From the NCBI GenBank assembly GCA_963667035.1, contig OY762964.1, positions 2,400,001-2,464,000 on the forward strand: a DNA stretch of 64,000 nt, read 5' to 3'. Below, in pieces: positions 49,835-58,417 of the stretch. The first letter of the stretch is position 1. Each line of letters opens with the position of its first letter. The translations under genes were made by a program, and so were the position numbers. The notes under the pieces are model-generated. The model made no database searches. It saw only the letters and a list, made by a program, of their open reading frames with translations, and had not been told where the DNA came from. Source of the DNA: Candidatus Cloacimonadales bacterium. Its GTDB lineage: Bacteria > Cloacimonadota > Cloacimonadia > Cloacimonadales > JAFGVF01.

Positions 49835-49864
49835 AAAAAGAGAGGGAAAGCTGAGCTTTCCCTC
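49835..49864 (-). terminator. Terminator/attenuator hairpin between rpsB and tsf
   Basis: Minus strand: GAGGGAAAGC-TCA-GCTTTCCCTC-TCTTTTT. Confidence 0.8.
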
Positions 49865-49871
49865 ATGAAGT

Positions 49872-50684
49872 TTATTCAGCGGATTCTTCTGAAGTTTCAG
49901 TTTCTTCCGATTTATTCTCTACTTCTTCAGCAACTTCAGGTGTAATCTCTTCATTAACTTCACCTTCAACTGCATTCTCTTCAAGTTGCATACCTTCACC
50001 CAGCATTTGTTTTCCTTCGATTACAGCATTAGCCATAATGTCAGAAATAAGGTGAATAGCACGGATAGCATCATCATTAGATGGGATAACGTAATCAACT
50101 AAATCAGGATCGCTATTTGTATCAACCATGGCAATGATTGGAACACCAAGTTTTCTTGCTTCATGAATAGCAATACCCTCATGTTGAATATCAACACAGA
50201 ATACAGCACCCGGGGTTCTTGTTAAACCACGGATACCGCCAAGGTTCTTCTCAATCTTGTCATGTACTCTTCTCATTTTAACAGCTTCAAGTTTAGTGAA
50301 ACTTGAGATAGTGCCGTCTTCAACTATATCCTCATAGTATTCCATCTTTTCAATGGATTGACGGATAGTTTTCATATTAGTAAGCATACCACCAAGCCAG
50401 CGATTGTTTACATAGAATACTTCAGCTTTTTCTGCAGCCATTTTTACTGCATCTTGAGCTTGTTTCTTTGTTCCAACAAAGAGAATCTGCTCACCTTTGC
50501 TGGCAACGTCTTTCAAAAATTGATATGCGTCGTTGATAGCGTCAACGGTTTGTTTTAAATCAAGAATATGGATTCCATTTCTTTTAATGAAGATATATTT
50601 CTTCATTTTAGGATTCCATTTCTGAGTCTGATGACCGAAATGTACACCAGCCTCTAGCAGTTGTTTCATAGAAACGACAGACAT
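49872..50684 (-). CDS. rpsB: 30S ribosomal protein S2
   Basis: LLEAGVHFGHQT, RWLGGMLTN, NDDAIRAI. Confidence 0.98.
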   Translation of the reverse strand: MSVVSMKQLLEAGVHFGHQTQKWNPKMKKYIFIKRNGIHILDLKQTVDAINDAYQFLKDVASKGEQILFVGTKKQAQDAVKMAAEKAEVFYVNNRWLGGMLTNMKTIRQSIEKMEYYEDIVEDGTISSFTKLEAVKMRRVHDKIEKNLGGIRGLTRTPGAVFCVDIQHEGIAIHEARKLGVPIIAMVDTNSDPDLVDYVIPSNDDAIRAIHLISDIMANAVIEGKQMLGEGMQLEENAVEGEVNEEITPEVAEEVENKSEETETSEESAE

Positions 50685-50689
50685 TCTAA

Positions 50690-50800
50690 TTTCTCCTTAG
50701 TATACGGTTATAGTTCCGCATCGGGATATACGTAATTCAGTTTCCAATCTGAAGGGAAACACCGCCTTACAACTCCCACTACGGTTTTTTGGTAGATTAT
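50690..50800 (-). ncRNA. Probable S2 (rpsB) leader cis-regulatory RNA
   Basis: About 120-nt spacer, more GC-rich than other spacers, directly upstream of rpsB. Contains GGCGGUG and ends GAUGCGGAACUAUAACC before the RBS, resembling known rpsB leaders. Confidence 0.55.
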
Positions 50801-50807
50801 GAGCTGA

Positions 50808-51194
50808 TTAACGTTTAGAGAATTGGAATCTCTTACGTGCTTTTGGACGACCCGGTTTCTTTCTCTCGACCATACGAGGGTCACGAGTAAGGAAACCACG
50901 TTGCTTAAGAGCCTTTCTCAATGTCTCATCATATAAAACGAGAGCTCTTGATACTCCGTGTCTGATAGCGCCGGCCTGACCGGTTAAACCACCACCGCAA
51001 ACATTCACTCTGAGGTCAAACTTGTCACTAAGTTCAACAACATTGAATGGTTGCTCAACCATCATTGAAAGAACTTCACGTTGAAGATAATCTTTCATAA
51101 GACGGTTATTGATGATTCTTTTGCCGGTTCCGGGTGTAAGACGTACTCTTGCGACAGCATCTTTTCTTCTACCGGTAGCGTCAAAATATTGCAT
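50808..51194 (-). CDS. rpsI: 30S ribosomal protein S9
   Basis: [39 protein letters not shown]. Confidence 0.98.
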   Translation of the reverse strand: MQYFDATGRRKDAVARVRLTPGTGKRIINNRLMKDYLQREVLSMMVEQPFNVVELSDKFDLRVNVCGGGLTGQAGAIRHGVSRALVLYDETLRKALKQRGFLTRDPRMVERKKPGRPKARKRFQFSKR

Positions 51195-51205
51195 TCAGTA
51201 TCCTC

Positions 51206-51631
51206 CTAAGATAATGCAACCGGTTTCTGGGCTTCGTGTGGATGCTCAGAACCTGTGTAAATTTTTAATTTTGTCATCATTTGACGGCCAAGAACATTCT
51301 TTGGCATCATTCCTTTAATTGCTCTGCGGATTATTTCTTCTGGTTTATTCTCACGCATGTGAGCATAGCTGGTTTCTCTTAAACCGCTAGGAAAACCACT
51401 ATAATCCTGATAAACTTTCTGAAGTTCTTTACTTCCGGTTACAACAACCTTTTCAGCATTGATAATAACAACATAGTCGCCACAATCAATATTCGGTACG
51501 AAATAAGGTTTGTTTTTTCCACGAAGTATAGAAGCTACTTTGGTAGAAAGTCTTCCCAGAGTCTGATCCGTTGCGTCAATCAAGATCCAATTATGTTGGA
51601 TCTGGTCAGGTCTCGGAGTCAGTGTTTTCAT
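51206..51631 (-). CDS. rplM: 50S ribosomal protein L13
   Basis: LGRLST, LRGKNKP, DCGDYVVIINA, GMMPKN, HPHEAQKP. Confidence 0.98.
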   Translation of the reverse strand: MKTLTPRPDQIQHNWILIDATDQTLGRLSTKVASILRGKNKPYFVPNIDCGDYVVIINAEKVVVTGSKELQKVYQDYSGFPSGLRETSYAHMRENKPEEIIRRAIKGMMPKNVLGRQMMTKLKIYTGSEHPHEAQKPVALS

Positions 51632-51802
51632 TGTTTCTCCTTTTCCATATTCACTTATATCTATACTTTATAGCGGTTCAAAATATTTTGCACCCTCATT
51701 ATATGTCAAGGTAAATGGATAATTAATTGAATTTTATATAGATACCATCTCATTTGTACAACATGATATAATCTGAGTAATCCAAGATGTTTTTAATCAG
51801 AA

Positions 51803-52459
51803 TTAACTCATATTAATAATCTCAATTATTTCATCCGCTTTATCTATTATCCAATCCGCTCCGGCTTCCTCTAACTCACTTACGGTTCTAAAACCCCAGC
51901 TTACACCTATACTCTTCATACCAATATTATGTCCTGTATAAATATCTATATCAGAATCTCCGACAAACAGATAATCAGCAGGATTATATTTTAAAGCTTT
52001 CATTAAATATGCTGCAGATTCTTTCTCAGGTTTTGCCGGTAACTCAGGGACATTGCCTTGAGCATAAAAGAATTTAATCTCGGGGAAAAAATGTTTGAGC
52101 ATCGGTTCAATAAAGTATTCAGGTTTGTTCGATAAAACTCCTAACTCAATCTTCATTTCTTGTAACAGAGCAAGAGTTTTCTTAATCCCTTCATAAGGAA
52201 TTGTCTCGTCATGCCAGTGGTTACTGTAATCTTCTCTGAATAGTTCTATATATCTTCTAACATTACTGTCATATCTTCCTTCAGAAGGTAATGCTGCTTC
52301 ACATAGATGATAGATACCGGATCCAACAAATTTGTGATATTCCTCAAGTGAATGAATAGGATATCCGTCTTTCTCAAGTATCCGGTTTATTGACCCTCTA
52401 ATATCTCTAAGAGTATCTAAAAGAGTTCCATCAAGATCAAAAACTATTCCTTTATACAT
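51803..52459 (-). CDS. HAD-family hydrolase (phosphoglycolate phosphatase-like)
   Basis: FDLDGTLLDT, SNK, KP, VGDSDID, VSWGFR. Confidence 0.88.
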   Translation of the reverse strand: MYKGIVFDLDGTLLDTLRDIRGSINRILEKDGYPIHSLEEYHKFVGSGIYHLCEAALPSEGRYDSNVRRYIELFREDYSNHWHDETIPYEGIKKTLALLQEMKIELGVLSNKPEYFIEPMLKHFFPEIKFFYAQGNVPELPAKPEKESAAYLMKALKYNPADYLFVGDSDIDIYTGHNIGMKSIGVSWGFRTVSELEEAGADWIIDKADEIIEIINMS

Positions 52460-52522
52460 ATTTTCACCTCTTAATCAAAGAAATGATGTTACTAAGTTCA
52501 AGTCAAATAAATAGATTGTTAA

Positions 52523-52590
52523 TTAACATCAAACTAACAGAACTCTCTCTACTAACAAAGAGTTAACTCAAAGCTTATCAAGAAATAACT
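52523..52590 (+). promoter_or_regulatory. (T/C)TAACA direct repeats at 11-bp spacing; candidate OmpR/PhoB-family boxes
   Basis: TTAACA 52523, CTAACA 52534; CTAACA 52552, TTAACT 52563, CTTATC 52574, ATAACT 52585. Confidence 0.5.
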
Positions 52591-52636
52591 AATAACTCGT
52601 AATTATATAGTAAAAAAGCTATATCAAGGAGTAAAA

Positions 52637-55003
52637 ATGCAAAGAGCAGACCTTCATTGTCATTCTTTGTATTCCGAACATCCATCGGAATGGTTCCTTC
52701 AAAGATTAGGAGCTAAAGAGTCTTATACCGATCCATTATTCGTCTATAAAAGATGCAAGGAAATGGGAATGGATTATGTCACCTTAACAGATCATAATAA
52801 AATAGATGGAGCTCTTCTGCTAAAAGAAAAGTATCCGGAAGATGTTTTCATAAGCGTTGAAGCAACTGCTTACTTCCCAGAAGACGGTTGCAAGGTGCAC
52901 ATACTGCTGTTTGATATTACGGAAGAGCAGTTTGAGCATATCAATATATTGAGAGAAGACATTTATCAGTTAAGAGAATTTATTGTTTCTCAGAATATTG
53001 CATATTCGGTTGCTCATGCATCATATTCAGTTAATGGAAAGCTTACTGTTGAACACCTGGAAAAGCTTATTCTCCTATTTGACGTATTTGAAGAAGTGAA
53101 TGGCGGTAGAAACGAGGCTAACAATCTTGGATGGACAAGTATAATAAAAGCTCTTACTCCAACTCATATTGAACAGTTAATGAATAAGCATGATATAAAA
53201 CCGTTAAGTAACAATTCTTGGATTAAAGGATTTACAGGAGGCTCAGATGACCATGCCGGGATATTTAACGGAAGATCATACACCGAGTCCGATTCCAACA
53301 GTCTGGAAAGCTTTATAGATAATATCAGAAACAGGAGAAGTGTTGGATTAGGTAGACATAATAATTATCACTCCCTTGCCTTCACAGTATATAAGATAGC
53401 CTATGATTATACTGTTCATGGCAATAAAATGCATACTAATTCTTTATTTAGTACATTTACTGAGACGATTTTCCAATCAAAAAAGCAAAGTTGGCAAGAC
53501 AAAGTTAAGACAAAAACCTTTAAGACATTTAGTGAAAAGCGTGGTGACAGGATTAAATTCCTCTTTGGTGAATTAGTTGAAACTCTTCAGGAAAATCCGG
53601 AAATGGATATAGATTTTAAGCTCGATTTAGTATATGATAAAGTTGACGAGATTTGTGATGAGTACTTCAAAATTTTCCTTCGCTCTCTTGAGGAAGATAT
53701 AGCACACTTCAATATTGTAGATTTGATTCGTAATCTCTCCAGTGCAATACCGGGAATCTTCCTTATGGCTCCATTCTTCAGTTCCTTTTTACATATGCAT
53801 AAAACGTTGAATCTCTTAAATGAGCTAAAGCGTAGAATGCTAATAAGAGAAGGTTCCCGTTTAAAGAAAGTCCTTTGGTTCAGTGATACAGTTAATGATC
53901 TGAATGGTGTATCTATGACGATTAAGAAGATGGGACGTGAAATGTCTGAAAGAGGTTTCAATGTTAAGATTTTCTCTTCTTTGCATGATGAAGAATTATC
54001 TAACGAGCTTCCGGTAAACTATGTAAACCTTCCCTCAACATATGACTTTAAGTTACCTTTCTATGAGTGTCAAAAAGTCAAAATTCCATCGTTACTCAGA
54101 GCATTAAAGATAATCAATAAAGAACGCCCTGACGAGATAATCATCTCAAGTCCGGGACCTTTAGGATTGTTAGGTTTATATGTAGGTAAGATGATGCAGA
54201 TTAGAACAAAAGCTATATATCACACCGATTTTGCCCAAGAAGCATACCATATCATAGGTGATGATAATGCTTCAAAAATCATTAATGCTTATGAGCAATG
54301 GTTCTTTAATCAAGCGGATGTTGTAAGTGTCCCAACTCAAGAGTATATTAACATTCTGGAGACCAGAGGTGTTGACCCCGGAAAGATGGTTATATTTAGA
54401 AGAGGTATAGAAGGCAGTATTTTCCGTCCTTATAAAGATAGAGAAATTGATAAAGAGCTAATCTTTAAGAAGAAAGGTCAGTTTACTCTATTTTATGCAG
54501 GAAGAGTATCTAAAGATAAGAGTCTGAATATACTCTCGGAAGCGGTTAAGTTTCTAGTTTCTGAAGGTTTAGAAATTAAGCTTGTTGTTGCAGGTAACGG
54601 TCCATATACAGATGAAATGAAGCGAGAATTAGAAAATGTTCCTAATGTTATTTTTACAGGTGCTATTCCAAGACAAGAACTGGCTAAGTATTACAACTTA
54701 GCAGATTTCTTTGTTTTCCCTAGTGTTACAGATACATTTGGTATGGTTATATTGGAAAGTCTGGCATGTGGATGTCCCGCAATTGTTTCAAACATCGGTG
54801 GACCTAAGGAGATGATAGAACCAAGTATCAATGGATTCATTGTTCCAAATCAAAACATCACTACTTGGATTAATTCCATAAGAGATGCTTATCAAATGTA
54901 CCATAATGATAAAGAAAAGTATAATAATCTTAGAAAAGAAGCTGTTAAATCAGTTGAAGGTAATCTTGATTGGGATTTCGTAATAGATAGTTTAATAGGT
55001 TAG
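52637..55003 (+). CDS. PHP-domain phosphoesterase fused to a GT4 glycosyltransferase
   Basis: DLHCHS, TDHN and GGSDDH (PHP); NGVS, YAGRVSKDK and FPSVTDTFGMVILESLACG (GT4). Confidence 0.88.
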   Translation: MQRADLHCHSLYSEHPSEWFLQRLGAKESYTDPLFVYKRCKEMGMDYVTLTDHNKIDGALLLKEKYPEDVFISVEATAYFPEDGCKVHILLFDITEEQFEHINILREDIYQLREFIVSQNIAYSVAHASYSVNGKLTVEHLEKLILLFDVFEEVNGGRNEANNLGWTSIIKALTPTHIEQLMNKHDIKPLSNNSWIKGFTGGSDDHAGIFNGRSYTESDSNSLESFIDNIRNRRSVGLGRHNNYHSLAFTVYKIAYDYTVHGNKMHTNSLFSTFTETIFQSKKQSWQDKVKTKTFKTFSEKRGDRIKFLFGELVETLQENPEMDIDFKLDLVYDKVDEICDEYFKIFLRSLEEDIAHFNIVDLIRNLSSAIPGIFLMAPFFSSFLHMHKTLNLLNELKRRMLIREGSRLKKVLWFSDTVNDLNGVSMTIKKMGREMSERGFNVKIFSSLHDEELSNELPVNYVNLPSTYDFKLPFYECQKVKIPSLLRALKIINKERPDEIIISSPGPLGLLGLYVGKMMQIRTKAIYHTDFAQEAYHIIGDDNASKIINAYEQWFFNQADVVSVPTQEYINILETRGVDPGKMVIFRRGIEGSIFRPYKDREIDKELIFKKKGQFTLFYAGRVSKDKSLNILSEAVKFLVSEGLEIKLVVAGNGPYTDEMKRELENVPNVIFTGAIPRQELAKYYNLADFFVFPSVTDTFGMVILESLACGCPAIVSNIGGPKEMIEPSINGFIVPNQNITTWINSIRDAYQMYHNDKEKYNNLRKEAVKSVEGNLDWDFVIDSLIG

Positions 55004-55025
55004 TAAGCTCTAATAGATAAAGTTA

Positions 55026-55064
55026 AACCTCCGTCATAGTTTTCTCCCTTCTATGACGGAGGTT
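55026..55064. terminator. Perfect 14-bp stem-loop downstream of the GT gene (terminator-like)
   Basis: AACCTCCGTCATAG-N11-CTATGACGGAGGTT, with no strong U-tract. Confidence 0.55.
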
Positions 55065-55138
55065 GATGTCAACTCTTCCACCACTGAGTAATCTAACTAT
55101 AGGTATAGAATACCTCACCCGTGAATAACCAATAGCTT

Positions 55139-55188
55139 GCGTTGATTGTCCGTTGGTGGTCCATTGGAGGGGCATTGCATAGCCGTTG
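55139..55188. repeat. 11-bp-periodic intergenic array 4
   Basis: GCGTTG 55139, CCGTTG 55150, CCATTG 55161, GCATTG 55172, CCGTTG 55183. Confidence 0.85.
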
Positions 55189-55278
55189 GTAGTTTTTAGG
55201 CTTCTGATAGACATTTAGATAACCGGTTAATCCTTTGTTTCAATAAACAGTATATTGCCATTAAGAGTACTTTATTAG

Positions 55279-57603
55279 CTAATATCCTATTGCAAAAGGA
55301 ATCTGTTTCTTTATTGTTTCATCACCGTCATTGATCTCAATAAATAGCAAATACGAACCGGGAAACGCCATTTTACCACTTCTAATCCTACCATCCCACA
55401 TCAGCATATCGGTTCCGGAAATTAACTGATTACTCACGATTGTGTAAACATGCCTTCCTTCCAAGTCAAAGACTTTGCAAGATACATTAGCTTCTGATTT
55501 CTCTAATGTAAACACTATATCACATGATTCTCCTCTATAAGGAGAAAAAGGATTAGGTCGTATCACAACATTACTTGATTGAGGTATATATTCTCTGTAA
55601 ATAGAATTTAATTCACAAATTGTGTGCCCTAATTCCGAGATTGAGGCTCCCCAGTTGGTATTAACAGGACAGACGTCAGGATTGGATCTCTCTATAGACA
55701 CACCTTTTTCAGGCGAGATCGTAACATCATATATAAAACTTTCCTGAATACTAGAACACGACGAAACAACCGTAATTTTCTCGCCGGAGTTTAAAAGGGA
55801 AGGTAAGCCTTTATACATAACTGCATTATTAACATAATTGTTACTCAAAAAATCAATATCGACTTCAGTTCCAGTAATTATAGAGTATCCGTCAGAGTTA
55901 AAATTAATCGTTAAAGTATCTTCTGAGATAATCAATTCTGATGAAAAAGTTTCATTCACTTTGGAATATAGCTCAATCCATTCCGGTTCACCAACAACCG
56001 GATTAAACATTATCTCATTAACAACCACAGGAATTTTATCCTGAGCCCAGAAACAAGTCTTAACATCATTATTAAAACTATAGATTAAGTTATAGTATCC
56101 CTTCCTGACATTATCTGAACTAATCGTGATTGTAGAATTCTCAGTAATGGTAATAAATTTCGAGAATAATAGAAACTCTATATCCGTTTCAATATCTTTT
56201 CCAATGCATGTTATATCTCCTTCCATTACTTCTTCAATATTATGGAATGTTATTTTATGCTCCAAGGCATTTGACGATGATATTTCTATTCCCCAAACAA
56301 AGTCACTATTATTATGAAAGTTTTCCTGTCCGGGAGAATTAAAGTGTTCCGTCTCATAACAAATCATTTCATTAGATTGATTGTTTCTAAACATTGAGGT
56401 CCCTTGAATAACATGATTACCGGAATAAAAGACAGAATCTATCCTTGACCCTGACTTCAATATCAGGCAATCTCCATTATTATTCATCATAGGTAGACTA
56501 GATAACTGATAAATGCTCTCTTGTGGACAGTTAGGATAATCAGTTGTGATTTTAATGCTATCAGTACAAAGAACAATGTACTCCTGATTAATAATCGGTT
56601 TATCAATAGCACTAATATTTCCAACTTCATCTTCAATAGATATAAGGTTTGCCGGGACATAAATTCTATCCGGATTATGTAGTTCAATCCATTCTTGTTG
56701 ATTACTAGCTGGATAAGGAAGAATTTCATTAATATAAAGGGCATATGAGGCATTAATTATTTGAGTTACCCACAAGTTATCCACATTATTTATTTCTTCA
56801 CTGTGGAAAAGTTCTAACTTCAATTCATAGTTATAGTCCTCATCATTATCCACGTAAATAACTGTATCTGTTTCAGTTAGGGCTTTTATTGAAGAAATTG
56901 AGGCTTTTGAATGATACACATTATCTTTAAAGATTTTAACGTAGCACTCTGAGTTATCCACATCCCATGTGGATTTGTTGAGAATAACTGTGAATATCTC
57001 AATTTTTCCTGGAATTATTGAGTACTCAACAGACTTAAAACTTAAGTCTATTTCTCTGAAGTTTCTATAGCCCGGAGTAGGGTTTTCGCACGCAAAAAAG
57101 TCATCGGAAATAATATCAGTATCTACTCCATTGGGAATTCTTGCCAGAGAGTAACCTTGGGTTGGGTCGGGAGCAAAAGAATGTCCAATTGTATTAAGGT
57201 CGTCGGGAAGTTCATTATCATTTCTTAATCCATATAAAATCGTATCCGTGTAGCTACTATCAGGAGAAACAAGACATACACCGTCAACTATTGGACTTGC
57301 ATTCTGAAGACTCAATTCCGCTCTTAAATGAGCATGCTCAACTTTAGATTCTGCAATAATTATGAAGCGTCCCGGACGTATTATTATAGATGGGAATTCG
57401 TAATCCTCTTGAAAGGAAGCACCCCCTGTATAGATTTTCCAACCAATCAAGTTAATCTCAGAAGCACCATTATTGAACAGTTCAATCCACTCATATCCAT
57501 CATCTGCACCTATCGGGTCATAGCATACTTCATTAATGACAATCTCTGCACAAACTGTATGTATAGTAACAAAGATAAGAAGTGTAAGTAAAAACTTAAT
57601 CAT
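55279..57603 (-). CDS. Secreted lamin-tail-domain (LTD) repeat protein with variant T9SS/FlgD-like CTD
   Basis: Three (I/V)NExxxxP...EWIEL units; PTPG/NSPG motifs; C-terminal PNPFSP...WDGR...PGSYL. Confidence 0.8.
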   Translation of the reverse strand: MIKFLLTLLIFVTIHTVCAEIVINEVCYDPIGADDGYEWIELFNNGASEINLIGWKIYTGGASFQEDYEFPSIIIRPGRFIIIAESKVEHAHLRAELSLQNASPIVDGVCLVSPDSSYTDTILYGLRNDNELPDDLNTIGHSFAPDPTQGYSLARIPNGVDTDIISDDFFACENPTPGYRNFREIDLSFKSVEYSIIPGKIEIFTVILNKSTWDVDNSECYVKIFKDNVYHSKASISSIKALTETDTVIYVDNDEDYNYELKLELFHSEEINNVDNLWVTQIINASYALYINEILPYPASNQQEWIELHNPDRIYVPANLISIEDEVGNISAIDKPIINQEYIVLCTDSIKITTDYPNCPQESIYQLSSLPMMNNNGDCLILKSGSRIDSVFYSGNHVIQGTSMFRNNQSNEMICYETEHFNSPGQENFHNNSDFVWGIEISSSNALEHKITFHNIEEVMEGDITCIGKDIETDIEFLLFSKFITITENSTITISSDNVRKGYYNLIYSFNNDVKTCFWAQDKIPVVVNEIMFNPVVGEPEWIELYSKVNETFSSELIISEDTLTINFNSDGYSIITGTEVDIDFLSNNYVNNAVMYKGLPSLLNSGEKITVVSSCSSIQESFIYDVTISPEKGVSIERSNPDVCPVNTNWGASISELGHTICELNSIYREYIPQSSNVVIRPNPFSPYRGESCDIVFTLEKSEANVSCKVFDLEGRHVYTIVSNQLISGTDMLMWDGRIRSGKMAFPGSYLLFIEINDGDETIKKQIPFAIGY

Positions 57604-57701
57604 AGATTTCCTTTACACACGCAAGAATCAATTTTACATAGAATAAGGTTATAAAATGTTATAATATATAATAAAATGTCAAAGAAAATTAAGGAGATAC
57701 T

Positions 57702-58355
57702 ATGAAGAATATTGGTGTATTATTGTCAGGATGCGGTAACAAAGACGGTTCAGAGATTTATGAAGCAACTTTTACAGTCTTAGCTCTTTCTCAGAACAAT
57801 GTGAATATTACGTTCATTGCACCGGATAGAAAACAGTATGATGTAGTGAATTATCTTGATAATGAGAAGTTAAATGAGAGCAGAAACATACTTCTTGAAT
57901 CTGCCAGAATAGCCAGAGGAAATATAGTTTCACTAAATGAACTCGATATTGATTCACTTGATGGTCTAATCATTCCCGGTGGATTTGGTGTTGCAAAGAA
58001 CTATTCAGATTATGTTGTTAATGGCATAAAGGGTTCATTAACCTCAGATATATCTACCTTACTTAGCTCAATATATGAAGCAGAGAAGCCTATCGGTGCT
58101 ATATGTATATCACCTGTTTTATTAATGCTAAAGTTTAAAGATACAGGTTTAAAACTAACAACAGGACTAGATAGTAGCTGGATGAAACAAGGAAAAGATA
58201 TGGGGATAGAAGTTCATCTTAAAAATTCAAGGGATATTGTTATAGATGAGAAAATGAAGATAGTAACAACACCTGCTTTTATGAACGATGCCTCATTTGC
58301 CGATGTTAATGAGGGTATTAGCAAGCTTGTTATGCAAGTTCTCGACTGGTGTTAA
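57702..58355 (+). CDS. elbB: DJ-1/PfpI-family glyoxalase ElbB
   Basis: LSGCGNKDGSEI, ESARIARG, PGGFGVAKN, ICISP, VTTPAFM. Confidence 0.92.
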   Translation: MKNIGVLLSGCGNKDGSEIYEATFTVLALSQNNVNITFIAPDRKQYDVVNYLDNEKLNESRNILLESARIARGNIVSLNELDIDSLDGLIIPGGFGVAKNYSDYVVNGIKGSLTSDISTLLSSIYEAEKPIGAICISPVLLMLKFKDTGLKLTTGLDSSWMKQGKDMGIEVHLKNSRDIVIDEKMKIVTTPAFMNDASFADVNEGISKLVMQVLDWC

Positions 58356-58371
58356 AACTTAAGTAATAGTA

Positions 58372-58396
58372 AAAGGCCCTGATTAACAGGGCCTTT
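58372..58396. terminator. Bidirectional terminator
   Basis: AAAGGCCCTG-ATTAA-CAGGGCCTTT between convergent genes. Confidence 0.85.
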
Positions 58397-58417
58397 ATTA
58401 TATTAGATATTAATGAA

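Noticed and set aside
50708..50899. 63-aa ORF as an rpsB leader peptide
   Set aside because: Out-of-frame overlap with rpsI; the region is better explained as the S2 leader RNA.
55023..55214. 63-aa minus-strand ORF across array 4
   Set aside because: No RBS or recognisable domain, and an 11-bp period is not codon-compatible; likely a chance ORF.
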